DNA of 55,002 nucleotides from a virus (lineage: Duplodnaviria; Heunggongvirae; Uroviricota; Caudoviricetes): positions 1 through 55,002 of the IMG/VR virus record IMGVR_UViG_3300021479_000008; one strand, 5' to 3'. The notes beneath the pieces were generated by a model. It did no database searches. It had not been told where the DNA came from and was given only the letters and a program-made list of their open reading frames with translations. This document shows, piece after piece, positions 1-8,607 of this stretch; position 1 is the stretch's first letter, and each line of letters opens with the position of its first letter. The position numbers and the translations under genes were made by a program.

Positions 1-239
1 GTTTGCAAATGCATCATAGGATTTATACCCACTATCTTGAACAAGAATATTGCACCACACTTCGGACATACATCCAAGTTCTCATGGGTGAATGCTACAA
101 TGCTACACGTTCCTGAATTGGCTATCATTGGACGCTGTATCCGTGCTGTGACTTTTTCTTGGCAGTCTGGACACGTGAACTCGGCCATGTTCGGGCACTG
201 AATAGGATCTATTTGCGGTTGTGGTATTCCCGGTGTCAT
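1..239 (-). CDS. Hypothetical Zn-ribbon protein, truncated at window edge
   Basis: Hand translation from the ATG overlapping the queE stop (ATGA): MTPGIPQPQ...CPDC...CPKC; the frame stays open to the edge. Not in the ORF track. Confidence 0.55.
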   Translation of the reverse strand, partial: MTPGIPQPQIDPIQCPNMAEFTCPDCQEKVTARIQRPMIANSGTCSIVAFTHENLDVCPKCGAIFLFKIVGINPMMHLQ

Positions 240-958
240 CGTACCAACTCCTCCGTGTACAGACTCAACACCTTATGTAACTGCAAGCTGACCCGGAAAG
301 CGGGATATTTCTTTTGCCATTCCATACACAACCTAACGTTCTCTCCCCGAATAGTGTTCTCGTTGTTGATGGGTTGCAAGTATGTCGGCTTGCTTTTGGA
401 TATGGCTAACAGTTTTTCATCTGGAACAAAATCCTTATCGACAAGAATCTTCAGCTCATTTGCACGGTTCAACATCTCATCTTTCACACAAAGCTTCGGA
501 CTTACTGTAATCCACACGTCTTGTTTGAATGCCCATTCTGGTACGATTGTTCCTGATGTTTCGATATGCACTTTTTTGAACTTGCTCCAAAGATAGGAAA
601 GCAACGTACTGAGATCATGCATCATTGGTTCTCCACCGGTAATACATACCCGTTTTACGTCCTTTGGAATTTCGTTGACTATTTCCTCTGCTGTCATTCG
701 TTGCTTTACACGGTAATCGGTATCACAGGCGAAGCGTCTGCCGTCATATAGACTACACTGCTCGGTATAGATCGGTAAATGCAATGGCCGCTCGGATGAG
801 TCCGTACTATATCTTTCAACATAACGTTCCTTAGGAAAAGGCTTACCGACTGTACACCCGGCCAACCTCACGAAAGCCATAACTGCCCCACAATAAACTC
901 CCTCTCCTTGCGGAGATACAAACGTCTCACTTACTGGATACACCTTCCCATTTTCCAT
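236..958 (-). CDS. queE: 7-carboxy-7-deazaguanine synthase (radical SAM)
   Basis: SETFVSPQGEG, FVRLAGC...CDTDY, VCITGGEP, HIETSG, ITVSPK, LQP and SLQLHK motifs. Confidence 0.85.
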   Translation of the reverse strand: MENGKVYPVSETFVSPQGEGVYCGAVMAFVRLAGCTVGKPFPKERYVERYSTDSSERPLHLPIYTEQCSLYDGRRFACDTDYRVKQRMTAEEIVNEIPKDVKRVCITGGEPMMHDLSTLLSYLWSKFKKVHIETSGTIVPEWAFKQDVWITVSPKLCVKDEMLNRANELKILVDKDFVPDEKLLAISKSKPTYLQPINNENTIRGENVRLCMEWQKKYPAFRVSLQLHKVLSLYTEELVR

Positions 959-1458
959 TATCTGACTTCCTTTCCTTTTCTTTCTCCATACAACCCGGTA
1001 TGGCCTTTTCGTTCTGCAACTTCTTGTGACGGCGGTGGTTCCTTCTCTGGCATATCAAAACCTAATACCTTAAACAACGAACGTACTGAGCCGAACAATC
1101 CCCCAACCATTGGAAGTTTCTTTTGTCTCGGATCACTTTCTGGATACAAGACTAAGACTCCTCCTTCTTGGGAAATGTCCGCATCCATCGGTATTGGTAA
1201 TCCATCTACTCCCGACGTCAACTGGTACGATGTTAACACGTGGTCTTCTGGATTCTCTATCCCCTGCTCCTTCATTATACAGATTTGGCAAGCAGTAACT
1301 GAACGTATGATGGGATTTATGACCATCATAATTAACCGACCGCATCTCCGACAATGGATTGGCGTTCTTCCTTGACCATCGGTTCTACGGGGGACCTCGA
1401 AATGGACAAAGTCTCTGAAATTTTCTGCCATGATTGACTCCACAACATCCACAACCAA
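958..1458 (-). CDS. Hypothetical Zn-ribbon protein (start uncertain: 1458, 1431 or 1329)
   Basis: CRRC...CQIC pair; stop abuts the queE start. Confidence 0.6.
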   Translation of the reverse strand: MVVDVVESIMAENFRDFVHFEVPRRTDGQGRTPIHCRRCGRLIMMVINPIIRSVTACQICIMKEQGIENPEDHVLTSYQLTSGVDGLPIPMDADISQEGGVLVLYPESDPRQKKLPMVGGLFGSVRSLFKVLGFDMPEKEPPPSQEVAERKGHTGLYGERKGKEVR

Positions 1459-2186
1459 CTCGCGTTAATCGTTCCTGTTATTCCGTTGTACAATGGCTTC
1501 TTACTACCATACAAAATACCTTCTTCGTTACTGGGAAAGAACTCGAATACGGCTTTGTTCAACGATGCGGCGAGATACGGAACAATTCCACACTGTCCTA
1601 TTACTACGTCAAAGTAGTTCACGTAATTGACTATATCTTTTACTGGGAAAGAGCTTATATCTCTTGGATCTAACGTTAACTCAATCTCAGGATGATTACG
1701 TTGCAGGTACTCGTAAAACTTTTCACTTTCTGTATCATCCCAACGCTGGATTAATACTTGGATACTGTCTGTCTTTTCTCGTTGCAAACGTAACGCATTC
1801 AAGACTGGATTAGGTTTTGCACCGCAACCATACAGTATACTAAAACCATCCACAATGTTTTGACCCAGTTTCAATGCTATACTTTTCGCTCTGTCAAAGT
1901 CTTGATCGAAATCTAGGAAACAATCGTATTCTCGTCTTGCACGTTCTCGCCACCCGGAGTAATCGTATACGGGAACGTTTTCTTTTACTACACGCAGACA
2001 TGGTTCAAAGAATGAAAACCTTTCGTGCATTCTGAACGTAAACATATACTGTCCACGGGAAGTACGCGTAGCATTCTGCATGTTAAACATTCCCGTTGCC
2101 ATTTCCAATTGGTATGCTTGAACGACAGCGATACCAAATAGAAATTCTCGCAAGTCATTGGACATAGTTACTAGGATGTTATCCAC
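1332..2186 (-). CDS. Putative GT-B glycosyltransferase (GT9/heptosyltransferase-like)
   Basis: C-terminal FDVVIGQCGIVPYLAASLNKAVFEFF resembles the GT9 DLVIGxDSGxxHLAAALGKP motif; GT-rich context. Confidence 0.5.
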   Translation of the reverse strand: MDNILVTMSNDLREFLFGIAVVQAYQLEMATGMFNMQNATRTSRGQYMFTFRMHERFSFFEPCLRVVKENVPVYDYSGWRERARREYDCFLDFDQDFDRAKSIALKLGQNIVDGFSILYGCGAKPNPVLNALRLQREKTDSIQVLIQRWDDTESEKFYEYLQRNHPEIELTLDPRDISSFPVKDIVNYVNYFDVVIGQCGIVPYLAASLNKAVFEFFPSNEEGILYGSKKPLYNGITGTINASWLWMLWSQSWQKISETLSISRSPVEPMVKEERQSIVGDAVG

Positions 2187-2187
2187 T

Positions 2188-2505
2188 TTATACCAACTTC
2201 TTTTCTGGATCTATGAAAACCTTCTTAAAATAACAACTAGCGCAGACTTTGGTATTACCAATCTTGTCCCCAAGTTCTGGAAACAACTGAATCGCGTTTT
2301 CTTCCGTGAAATAAGACTTACATTCTGAACACCACAACATTGGTTTTTTAGGACGTTGCTTTACTTCGAGATAGGCTTCGAGTATTGCCGATCCAGCTAG
2401 TACTAAAAATTCGAGTATTGCCGATCCAGCTAGTACTAAAAATATGACTACACCCAATACCAAACATACTACCCAATGCGTTCCCATCCATACTAATACC
2501 TTCAT
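2188..2505 (-). CDS. Membrane-anchored protein with CxxC...CxxC
   Basis: N-terminal hydrophobic helix (partly duplicated); CSEC and CASC. Confidence 0.6.
   Translation of the reverse strand: MKVLVWMGTHWVVCLVLGVVIFLVLAGSAILEFLVLAGSAILEAYLEVKQRPKKPMLWCSECKSYFTEENAIQLFPELGDKIGNTKVCASCYFKKVFIDPEKKLV
2377..2442. repeat. Perfect 33-bp tandem duplication (FLVLAGSAILE x2)
   Basis: ttcgagtattgccgatccagctagtactaaaaa at 2377-2409 and 2410-2442. Confidence 0.95.
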
Positions 2506-4721
2506 GCTGCTACCACCTTGTTGAAAACTCTTCGCCAGTTCTCTACCAACGTCTTGGCGTTGTAGAAACGCTCGGCAACACGATACATCTTCTCACCAAG
2601 CTCTTTTCTACGTTCTGGTTCGTTTACCAACGTAACGATTCTATCTGTCCACTCGGCTGGTGTACGGCAGAGTAACCACTTTAAGTCTTCTCCTCCCAGC
2701 TCGGCGAATTCTCGGTACGGTTGTACGTCACTCGATACACAAGGTACTTTCAACGCAGCGGCTTCTAACATTTTGATACAACTATTGTGTGTTACAATAC
2801 CTGATGGAAGCACAAATAAATGATCTCCATCAACTTCTACTGCAACTGTATTTACTTTCAATCTACTCAACGTAAGTATTTCTCCATTATCTCTTGTGGA
2901 CTGATACTTATCCATGGTTTTTCTTATACTTCCACTAATTATTTTATACTTTTTTCCAAAACCCGTAGCGAATCTTCTGCCAAATCTAAAACGATAACTT
3001 ACCAACAAACATGCTAACTGCAAATCTCTCACTAACTTCCAATTCCGTGTAATACCAAATTTCCAAACATGTTTATTCCCTCTAGTTCCAGCATATTTAC
3101 CATAATTCTCTCCTTTTGGTTTGTGTCCATCTCCTTCTAACCATCCGTCGATAATACCTTTTATAAACTCATCAGATTCTCTCCAAACAGCACGCAGAAG
3201 ATGTTTTGTATATGAATCTTTACCTCCCACAAACTGGTATAATAATCCTCTTAATGTATTCGAATTCGAAAAGGTAAAGCTTGCACCATGTCCTTCTGAT
3301 GATGGACTAACGAAAGTAGTAGCCCCCCACTCTTTCCCCACGTCATGTAATTTCTTTATAAGCCATTCCTTTCGTCCATCAATAGAAATAAAAATAGAAG
3401 TTGATCCACCTATTTTCCCAGTATCGGTTGGATTAGTACTAATACACCCATCAGCTACATACTGTCCAACAAACCATCCTGCTTTATAATTACAAATCCT
3501 AGAAGGATTTATTGGACGATCTGGAAGGTGCGTCGTAACTTCAATCAACGGCTTCCAACGTTCGCCCGAACTCTTACTTCCGACTGATTGCAAAATATCT
3601 CCGATCTTAAGATTTTTAGCTTTGATTATTTTACCGTTACTCAACTTAAATCTATGACTTCTAGTTACGTGGAAAAAGTCACCACCACGTATGCCTACTG
3701 AAACTCCCTTTTTGTTTTTCTGCATCAGTTCCCACGTAATAACTTTTCGCCACTTACCATCTGGTCCGGGTAAATGTTTTTCTTTTCCATCTGCCTTTAA
3801 AAAATGTATCAAACTACATCTTATTGGAACTTCATCAATTAATCCATATATTGACGTTTCAGTAGATAAACACTTACTCCGGTTGAACCTATGGTCAGAC
3901 AGAGGAGCTAACATGAAGTCCCAAGCCCAAGACGCTAAGCGATTCGGATACTCACTGACTGGCACCCAAGGACGAAACAGCGTATGGGGATGCGTGGCAA
4001 TAATACTTTGGGTTAGTACTCTTTGTTTATTGTAGACCGCAAACTGTTGTGCTCCGACTGCATACCCAAGTTTTTCTTTTGTACTGACTATCTTCTCGTC
4101 TATCGCGGGAGCACCAACTATCTCCATTCGCAGGTTCGGATACTTATCGAGTATATCTGGAATTACCGAGAAGCAGTCCTGTACATCTTCCCCGTGAGTG
4201 TTCGATCCGCCCCATCCCATGATTACGAAACCACTGTTATCAACTATTTCTTTGGGATGGAACAAATTTAGGTCTACGGCGTTTGGAACAACTACTATTT
4301 CTTTTCCGAGACGAAAGTTGAACTTGGCTGTGGACGCAAGACCTCTCGTACTCACGGTGAGTATGTCTGCTTCTGCGGCACAACGAGTAAACGAATCCGT
4401 TAACTGGTTAAATGCTTGCTTTCCGGGATTCGAAGCGGGTAGTGCCCATATATCGTCATCTAGATCGTAGACTATCTTTATACCCGCTTGTTTCATTCGT
4501 TTCAATGCGTAAAGGTTTAATTCGCCTACTTGACGCTGGACGACCGCAACTTTATACTGGGATAGCTCAGTAACGTCAAGGGCTCCGAAACGAAGTATGA
4601 ATGCTGAGCCGTACAGGTTCATGTGCGGCTGGAACATACGCCACAACGCACATGCGTCTACGCCCGCTGGCAGAAAGCATATCGGAATATTACTTTGAAC
4701 TATGTTTTGACTTGTGCCCAT
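2502..4721 (-). CDS. GT4-like glycosyltransferase interrupted by an intein
   Basis: DLDDDIW, ADILTVST, VVPNAVD, GWGGSNTH; after splicing FNRSK/SCIKMLEAAALKVPCVSSD. Confidence 0.85.
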   Translation of the reverse strand: MGTSQNIVQSNIPICFLPAGVDACALWRMFQPHMNLYGSAFILRFGALDVTELSQYKVAVVQRQVGELNLYALKRMKQAGIKIVYDLDDDIWALPASNPGKQAFNQLTDSFTRCAAEADILTVSTRGLASTAKFNFRLGKEIVVVPNAVDLNLFHPKEIVDNSGFVIMGWGGSNTHGEDVQDCFSVIPDILDKYPNLRMEIVGAPAIDEKIVSTKEKLGYAVGAQQFAVYNKQRVLTQSIIATHPHTLFRPWVPVSEYPNRLASWAWDFMLAPLSDHRFNRSKCLSTETSIYGLIDEVPIRCSLIHFLKADGKEKHLPGPDGKWRKVITWELMQKNKKGVSVGIRGGDFFHVTRSHRFKLSNGKIIKAKNLKIGDILQSVGSKSSGERWKPLIEVTTHLPDRPINPSRICNYKAGWFVGQYVADGCISTNPTDTGKIGGSTSIFISIDGRKEWLIKKLHDVGKEWGATTFVSPSSEGHGASFTFSNSNTLRGLLYQFVGGKDSYTKHLLRAVWRESDEFIKGIIDGWLEGDGHKPKGENYGKYAGTRGNKHVWKFGITRNWKLVRDLQLACLLVSYRFRFGRRFATGFGKKYKIISGSIRKTMDKYQSTRDNGEILTLSRLKVNTVAVEVDGDHLFVLPSGIVTHNSCIKMLEAAALKVPCVSSDVQPYREFAELGGEDLKWLLCRTPAEWTDRIVTLVNEPERRKELGEKMYRVAERFYNAKTLVENWRRVFNKVVAA
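2784..3872 (-). mobile_element. Intein (363 aa) with in-frame LAGLIDADG homing endonuclease
   Basis: Starts CLSTETSI, block B VTRSH, LAGLIDADG-like GQYVADG and DGWLEGDG, ends VTHN followed by Ser+1. Confidence 0.9.
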
Positions 4722-5031
4722 GTTTCTTGTCTTTTACAACCTTGTGTTTTCTCTTTTGCTCTTTGTCGTATTTCCTGATCTCTTTCTCGGACTGCTTCTT
4801 ACGCCTGTGGCGCATCGTCTTACTGTAATCTGCGTCCTCAAAGCCCATGATCCAGAACGTTCTTTTTTTCAACAGCTTCCATATCTCTTCGTCTAACGTA
4901 TATGGGTTATCTGCTTTGGTTTGTCCCGCGAGACACGCTTTATAACCTTTCTTGGCATACTTATTCCGCAACCGTTCTTTCAGCGTCGACTTCCAAACCT
5001 TTTCGCTTGTTCCCAACGGAGATTTCATCAT
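4690..5031 (-). CDS. Basic protein with Rmf/CrpP-like motif
   Basis: GYKACLAGQTKADNPY...FWIMGFEDA; Lys/His-rich tail. Confidence 0.45.
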   Translation of the reverse strand: MMKSPLGTSEKVWKSTLKERLRNKYAKKGYKACLAGQTKADNPYTLDEEIWKLLKKRTFWIMGFEDADYSKTMRHRRKKQSEKEIRKYDKEQKRKHKVVKDKKHGHKSKHSSK

Positions 5032-5473
5032 ATTCCTTTTTCGTATACGTCGTTGAACATTTCGATGTCTCCCAAATCCGTACTGAAATCAAATCTACTC
5101 CTTTATCTAACAACAATCCAGGAGCAACGTCCTCAACAAAGTAATCGGCTAAGTTCTCGACTGTGGGATTGACTGGAATAGATACGAATGCTTTTCTTTC
5201 TTCCAGGTCAAGATTTGTTACTAACCACCAATACAACGGATCTTTCGTCCACAACAACGTCTTGTGGTCCCAGTTATCTTCCAACCATTTACAGAGAATG
5301 TCTTTGATGACTCCAAAATCAATTACCCGTCCGAGATTATCAAGACTGTGTGAACCTATTGTTAACTCCCAACGGTAGTTGTGCCCATGGATATACCTAC
5401 AGTTACTTTCGTGACCATATACCCTGTGTCCACAACAAATTTCGTGTTCACGCGTTACTGTGTATCCAGCCAT
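4961..5473 (-). CDS. queD: 6-carboxy-5,6,7,8-tetrahydropterin synthase
   Basis: GHRVYGHESNCRYIHGHNY, VIDFGVIK, WDHKTL, NPTVENLA, VRIWETS; likely start MAGYTV at 5473, overlapping the upstream TAA. Confidence 0.9.
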   Translation of the reverse strand: MAGYTVTREHEICCGHRVYGHESNCRYIHGHNYRWELTIGSHSLDNLGRVIDFGVIKDILCKWLEDNWDHKTLLWTKDPLYWWLVTNLDLEERKAFVSIPVNPTVENLADYFVEDVAPGLLLDKGVDLISVRIWETSKCSTTYTKKEYDEISVGNKRKGLEVDAERTVAE

Positions 5474-5763
5474 TACTGTACCCCAGCTTTCAGGGCGTGT
5501 TGCTGCATTAGCGTTTGAGTACATTCTATATCCACATTCCTACCACACTGGAACTTGTCGGCTATGAACTTATCGTCGGTGGTAATGACTATTCTGACGT
5601 GATCTTTTTTGTTTTCTCCTTGCTCACACGCGCAATCGGCCATGAGACAAATTTCGTAGTCAATTGTTTCATCGTCTGGATCGTAACATTCTTTCTTTTC
5701 TACTACCAACGTATGCTTGTCTAGAACCAGATCGTATTTTCCGTTGCTGTCTTTAGTTACCAT
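5473..5763 (-). CDS. Hypothetical protein
   Basis: Tightly coupled ORF in the minus-strand gene run. Confidence 0.6.
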   Translation of the reverse strand: MVTKDSNGKYDLVLDKHTLVVEKKECYDPDDETIDYEICLMADCACEQGENKKDHVRIVITTDDKFIADKFQCGRNVDIECTQTLMQQHALKAGVQ

Positions 5764-6310
5764 TACTGCTCCTTTGATTTAGGACGTAATCCCAACCTTG
5801 TTTTTCTTGCCAGTATTTCAAATACTTTGCTATGGCCTTGGCGACTTTCCAGTTGTCCCCAACCTTTTTTATTGCTGCATTACAATGCCAGCAAGTAATC
5901 CCACGACGACTTCTACGCTTAAGCTTGAGACGAACCATACGCACAGCTTTCTTACGACTACGACTGGTATATGCATACTTGTATTCTTCGTTGTATGCTC
6001 GCCATGTACCCATCTCAGTTTTTTCTGCTTTGATTTTAAGCTGAGCTATTTTGTGGCAATGATCTTGGTGTAAACCCACATTCTTAACCTCACGTCCGCA
6101 GATACAACGATTATTTTGTTTCTTCAACTGATTATAATATTCTTCGGATGTTTGCCCATACTGATTACGGTGAGTGGAATCGTGAGACTTGGCTACTGCC
6201 TCAGAATGATGCTTACGCCTATGCCGAAGAAACTTAGCGTAACCACCTTCAGCTTTGGTACCAAACTTCTTGTGGCACGGCTTGCATCGATATATTTTCT
6301 GTTTCTTCAA
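5753..6310 (-). CDS. Endonuclease VII-like nuclease with N-terminal C2H2 finger
   Basis: YGQTSEEY...QNNRCICG...LHQDHCH...RGITCWHCN; N-terminal CKPC...H...H. Confidence 0.75.
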   Translation of the reverse strand: MKKQKIYRCKPCHKKFGTKAEGGYAKFLRHRRKHHSEAVAKSHDSTHRNQYGQTSEEYYNQLKKQNNRCICGREVKNVGLHQDHCHKIAQLKIKAEKTEMGTWRAYNEEYKYAYTSRSRKKAVRMVRLKLKRRSRRGITCWHCNAAIKKVGDNWKVAKAIAKYLKYWQEKQGWDYVLNQRSSNGN

Positions 6311-6516
6311 CTGCTACGTTTCCCTTGTTTCCAATCTTTGTATTCTTCCCATGTCCAATTACTTTGACGAATAGCTTCTGCTGCGGCTTTACTTCCCGCG
6401 TTGTAACCTTTCATCCACTCCGGATTTCCCGGACACTCCAAACACGTTTCACTCTCTGCTACAAAAGCGTCAAGCTCTTTCTGTTGTTCTGCATTCATCT
6501 GTTGTTCTGCATTCAT
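6307..6516 (-). CDS. Hypothetical protein
   Basis: Small ORF directly downstream of a TCTGTATAAT element. Confidence 0.6.
   Translation of the reverse strand: MNAEQQMNAEQQKELDAFVAESETCLECPGNPEWMKGYNAGSKAAAEAIRQSNWTWEEYKDWKQGKRSS
6481..6516. repeat. Perfect 18-bp tandem duplication including the start codon (MNAEQQ x2)
   Basis: ctgttgttctgcattcat at 6481-6498 and 6499-6516. Confidence 0.95.
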
Positions 6517-6521
6517 AAGAT

Positions 6522-6531
6522 ATTATACAGA
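6522..6531 (-). promoter_or_regulatory. Putative promoter element TCTGTATAAT (copy 1)
   Basis: Exact 10-mer at a gene junction, 5 nt before the ATG. Confidence 0.6.
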
Positions 6532-6535
6532 AACG

Positions 6536-6757
6536 CTAATTGAATTTTCTGTATACCTTCTCAAGTGTTTCAAATTGCTTTGGTGATAGGCTCTGGCCCT
6601 TGTAGAACCAATCACTGACACTGGCAACAAAGTCTATCTCCCAGTCCGTTAACTGTGCTTCATCTTCCAACGCCGTGAGCATGGCTAACGTTCTCTTGCC
6701 TTGATCGTTCAACGTAACCGTATCCGGCTTTACCGGAACTTTGTTTTTAGTCTTCAT
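6536..6757 (-). CDS. Hypothetical protein
   Basis: LTDWEIDFVASV...LSPKQFETL pattern resembles small phage helical proteins. Confidence 0.65.
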   Translation of the reverse strand: MKTKNKVPVKPDTVTLNDQGKRTLAMLTALEDEAQLTDWEIDFVASVSDWFYKGQSLSPKQFETLEKVYRKFN

Positions 6758-7158
6758 CTAAACTGTATCTTACTTTCAACTTCGAGCCATACATTCCCAT
6801 CCTCATCGGCTACACGATGTACTGGAGTATGTGTCTTGTTTGTTTCTCCAACGTTGGCTTTTATGATCGTAAGTTTCTTACCACGGCCTTTTCCTGAAAT
6901 GGCTGTGACTCTAGCTCCACGGGCAAACACTTTCGGCTTTACTTTCTGCGGACGGACTAAATCTACTTCTTCACGTTGTACTGGAGCACGTACTTTACCC
7001 GACGCGACAATGGCATCTGTAAATACACGATGGTCTGGTGGTGCTTCCGCTTCCATCATCTGTATATCTGCTACCGATGATGCTTGAGAAAAACTATTCT
7101 TCGCACCTGGTATTAACCAGCCCGAATCTACACGTTCCGGTTTCCAATCATTTCCCAT
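6754..7158 (-). CDS. Hypothetical protein, possible SH3-like C-terminus
   Basis: FARGARVTAI...HRVADEDGNVWLEVE; coupled to neighbours. Confidence 0.6.
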   Translation of the reverse strand: MGNDWKPERVDSGWLIPGAKNSFSQASSVADIQMMEAEAPPDHRVFTDAIVASGKVRAPVQREEVDLVRPQKVKPKVFARGARVTAISGKGRGKKLTIIKANVGETNKTHTPVHRVADEDGNVWLEVESKIQFR

Positions 7159-7164
7159 AAATCC

Positions 7165-7854
7165 TCACAGTGCACTTAGTCTCCAATCGTTTTTGTTGAC
7201 TGTTCTACGATCACGTCTGCTGCCTGCTGGTATCTGTACTTCGGCTGTACTCTTGGCCATTACCTGAGTCCAGCCTTTCGTTTGATCGTAAATGGAAATA
7301 TACCCGCCTACCGCGAGTTCAAACTGCTTGGTCGTGTGCTGTTTGAAATCCTTACGGTCCAATGCTGTCGGCTCGAACCAAGACGGAGTGACGAAGTCTG
7401 ACAACAAGACTCCATCTATTTCATACCCCAACGAATCTGCTTCTACAGCGTCGCATACTTCCAACGCGTAGATGTTATTATCCGATCCCTGAATACACGT
7501 ATCGATCCAAGGGTCACCTAATATTTCAAGTAACTCATGGCTCAACGTTACCGTCCACGAATTACCTGATTGGATATCCAACTTGGCGAATACCTTACCA
7601 AGCGGTGTTCCTTGGGCTGTCATTTCGTGATAGCCCAAAGCTCCGGCTTGGTCTGGATTATCGACTATGACTAATTGCCACCAACCTTTCGTCAATACGT
7701 TTCCTTTGGGAAGGAAAATCAACGTACTATCGATCTGCCAGTAAGGACAGAAGTCACTACTGACTTGTTTCTGCAACGCAGGTAATACATCCGATACTTG
7801 CTTATCAGTCAATACGGTAGACTGATTGGTAATTGCTATGACTGGTATTGCCAT
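7165..7854 (-). CDS. Putative zincin-like metallopeptidase
   Basis: ALGYH and TLSHELLEILGDP (HExxE), LEVCDAVE. Confidence 0.55.
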   Translation of the reverse strand: MAIPVIAITNQSTVLTDKQVSDVLPALQKQVSSDFCPYWQIDSTLIFLPKGNVLTKGWWQLVIVDNPDQAGALGYHEMTAQGTPLGKVFAKLDIQSGNSWTVTLSHELLEILGDPWIDTCIQGSDNNIYALEVCDAVEADSLGYEIDGVLLSDFVTPSWFEPTALDRKDFKQHTTKQFELAVGGYISIYDQTKGWTQVMAKSTAEVQIPAGSRRDRRTVNKNDWRLSAL

Positions 7855-7862
7855 CTATCCTC

Positions 7863-8474
7863 CTACTTCACTATATACTGGGTGTAGCCGTTCTCGGTCA
7901 GCTGCTGATTGAACTTCGCTTTGAACTCTTTTGGAGAAAGCTTCTGAGCAGGAACGTTAATCCTATTTGGCAACTCAGCTGCACGTTTGGCAATTGCCGT
8001 TGTGGCTGGTGTCGGTAGCTGAGTAGCAAACCCGGCAAGCACTGATAGGATGACTCCCAACAATCCCTGTACCAGACTCGATAACTTTGAATCTGGAATC
8101 TTGAGATCGTTCCAGAACTGCTGAATACTGGCTTGCAAAACACTTAACGCAGTGGAAATCTTACCCAGCAATGTTGTCTTGTCTCCGGTAGAGGCATTGT
8201 AATTGTTTACTGCCGTTTGGAGATCAGCAAATCCTGTTTTTACTAGCAGGATAGCTGTATCAATTACCGTTCCTTCTCCAACAGGAAGTACTCCTGCTCC
8301 ACTCAATAGATCGACTATAGATTGAAATGCTTGCAACCCAACGTTTACATACTTGAGTATCGAAGCAAAGACTGTTCCGAATGTACAGGCTGTTTCCAAC
8401 GTCATTGTTCCCAACGTGGATAATACTCCAACACTACCTAACAACAACTTCCCGAACGTTCTTCGTGTTTGCAT
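7863..8474 (-). CDS. Exported protein with twin-arginine-like signal, possible lipoprotein
   Basis: MQTRRTFGKLLLG...ETAC; amphipathic helical body. Confidence 0.6.
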   Translation of the reverse strand: MQTRRTFGKLLLGSVGVLSTLGTMTLETACTFGTVFASILKYVNVGLQAFQSIVDLLSGAGVLPVGEGTVIDTAILLVKTGFADLQTAVNNYNASTGDKTTLLGKISTALSVLQASIQQFWNDLKIPDSKLSSLVQGLLGVILSVLAGFATQLPTPATTAIAKRAAELPNRINVPAQKLSPKEFKAKFNQQLTENGYTQYIVK

Positions 8475-8607
8475 TGTATTCTCCTTCGCTTATTTTTGCT
8501 ACTTCCCATGCAGTTACTACATCAATCGGATCACCAAAGAAATCTGGAAACCATATCCAACTTAAAAACAATTTGATTCGACGGTACCAATACTTTATCT
8601 TTTTCAT
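8434..8607 (-). CDS. Small hypothetical protein (57 aa)
   Basis: Hand translation MKKIKYWYRRIKLFLSWIWFPD...; ATGA overlap with the upstream stop. Not in the ORF track. Confidence 0.45.
   Translation of the reverse strand: MKKIKYWYRRIKLFLSWIWFPDFFGDPIDVVTAWEVAKISEGEYNANTKNVREVVVR

Noticed and set aside
2377-2442. Possible CRISPR repeat
   Set aside because: Two directly adjacent copies with no spacer, inside a CDS; no cas genes. I saw no CRISPR array anywhere in the window.
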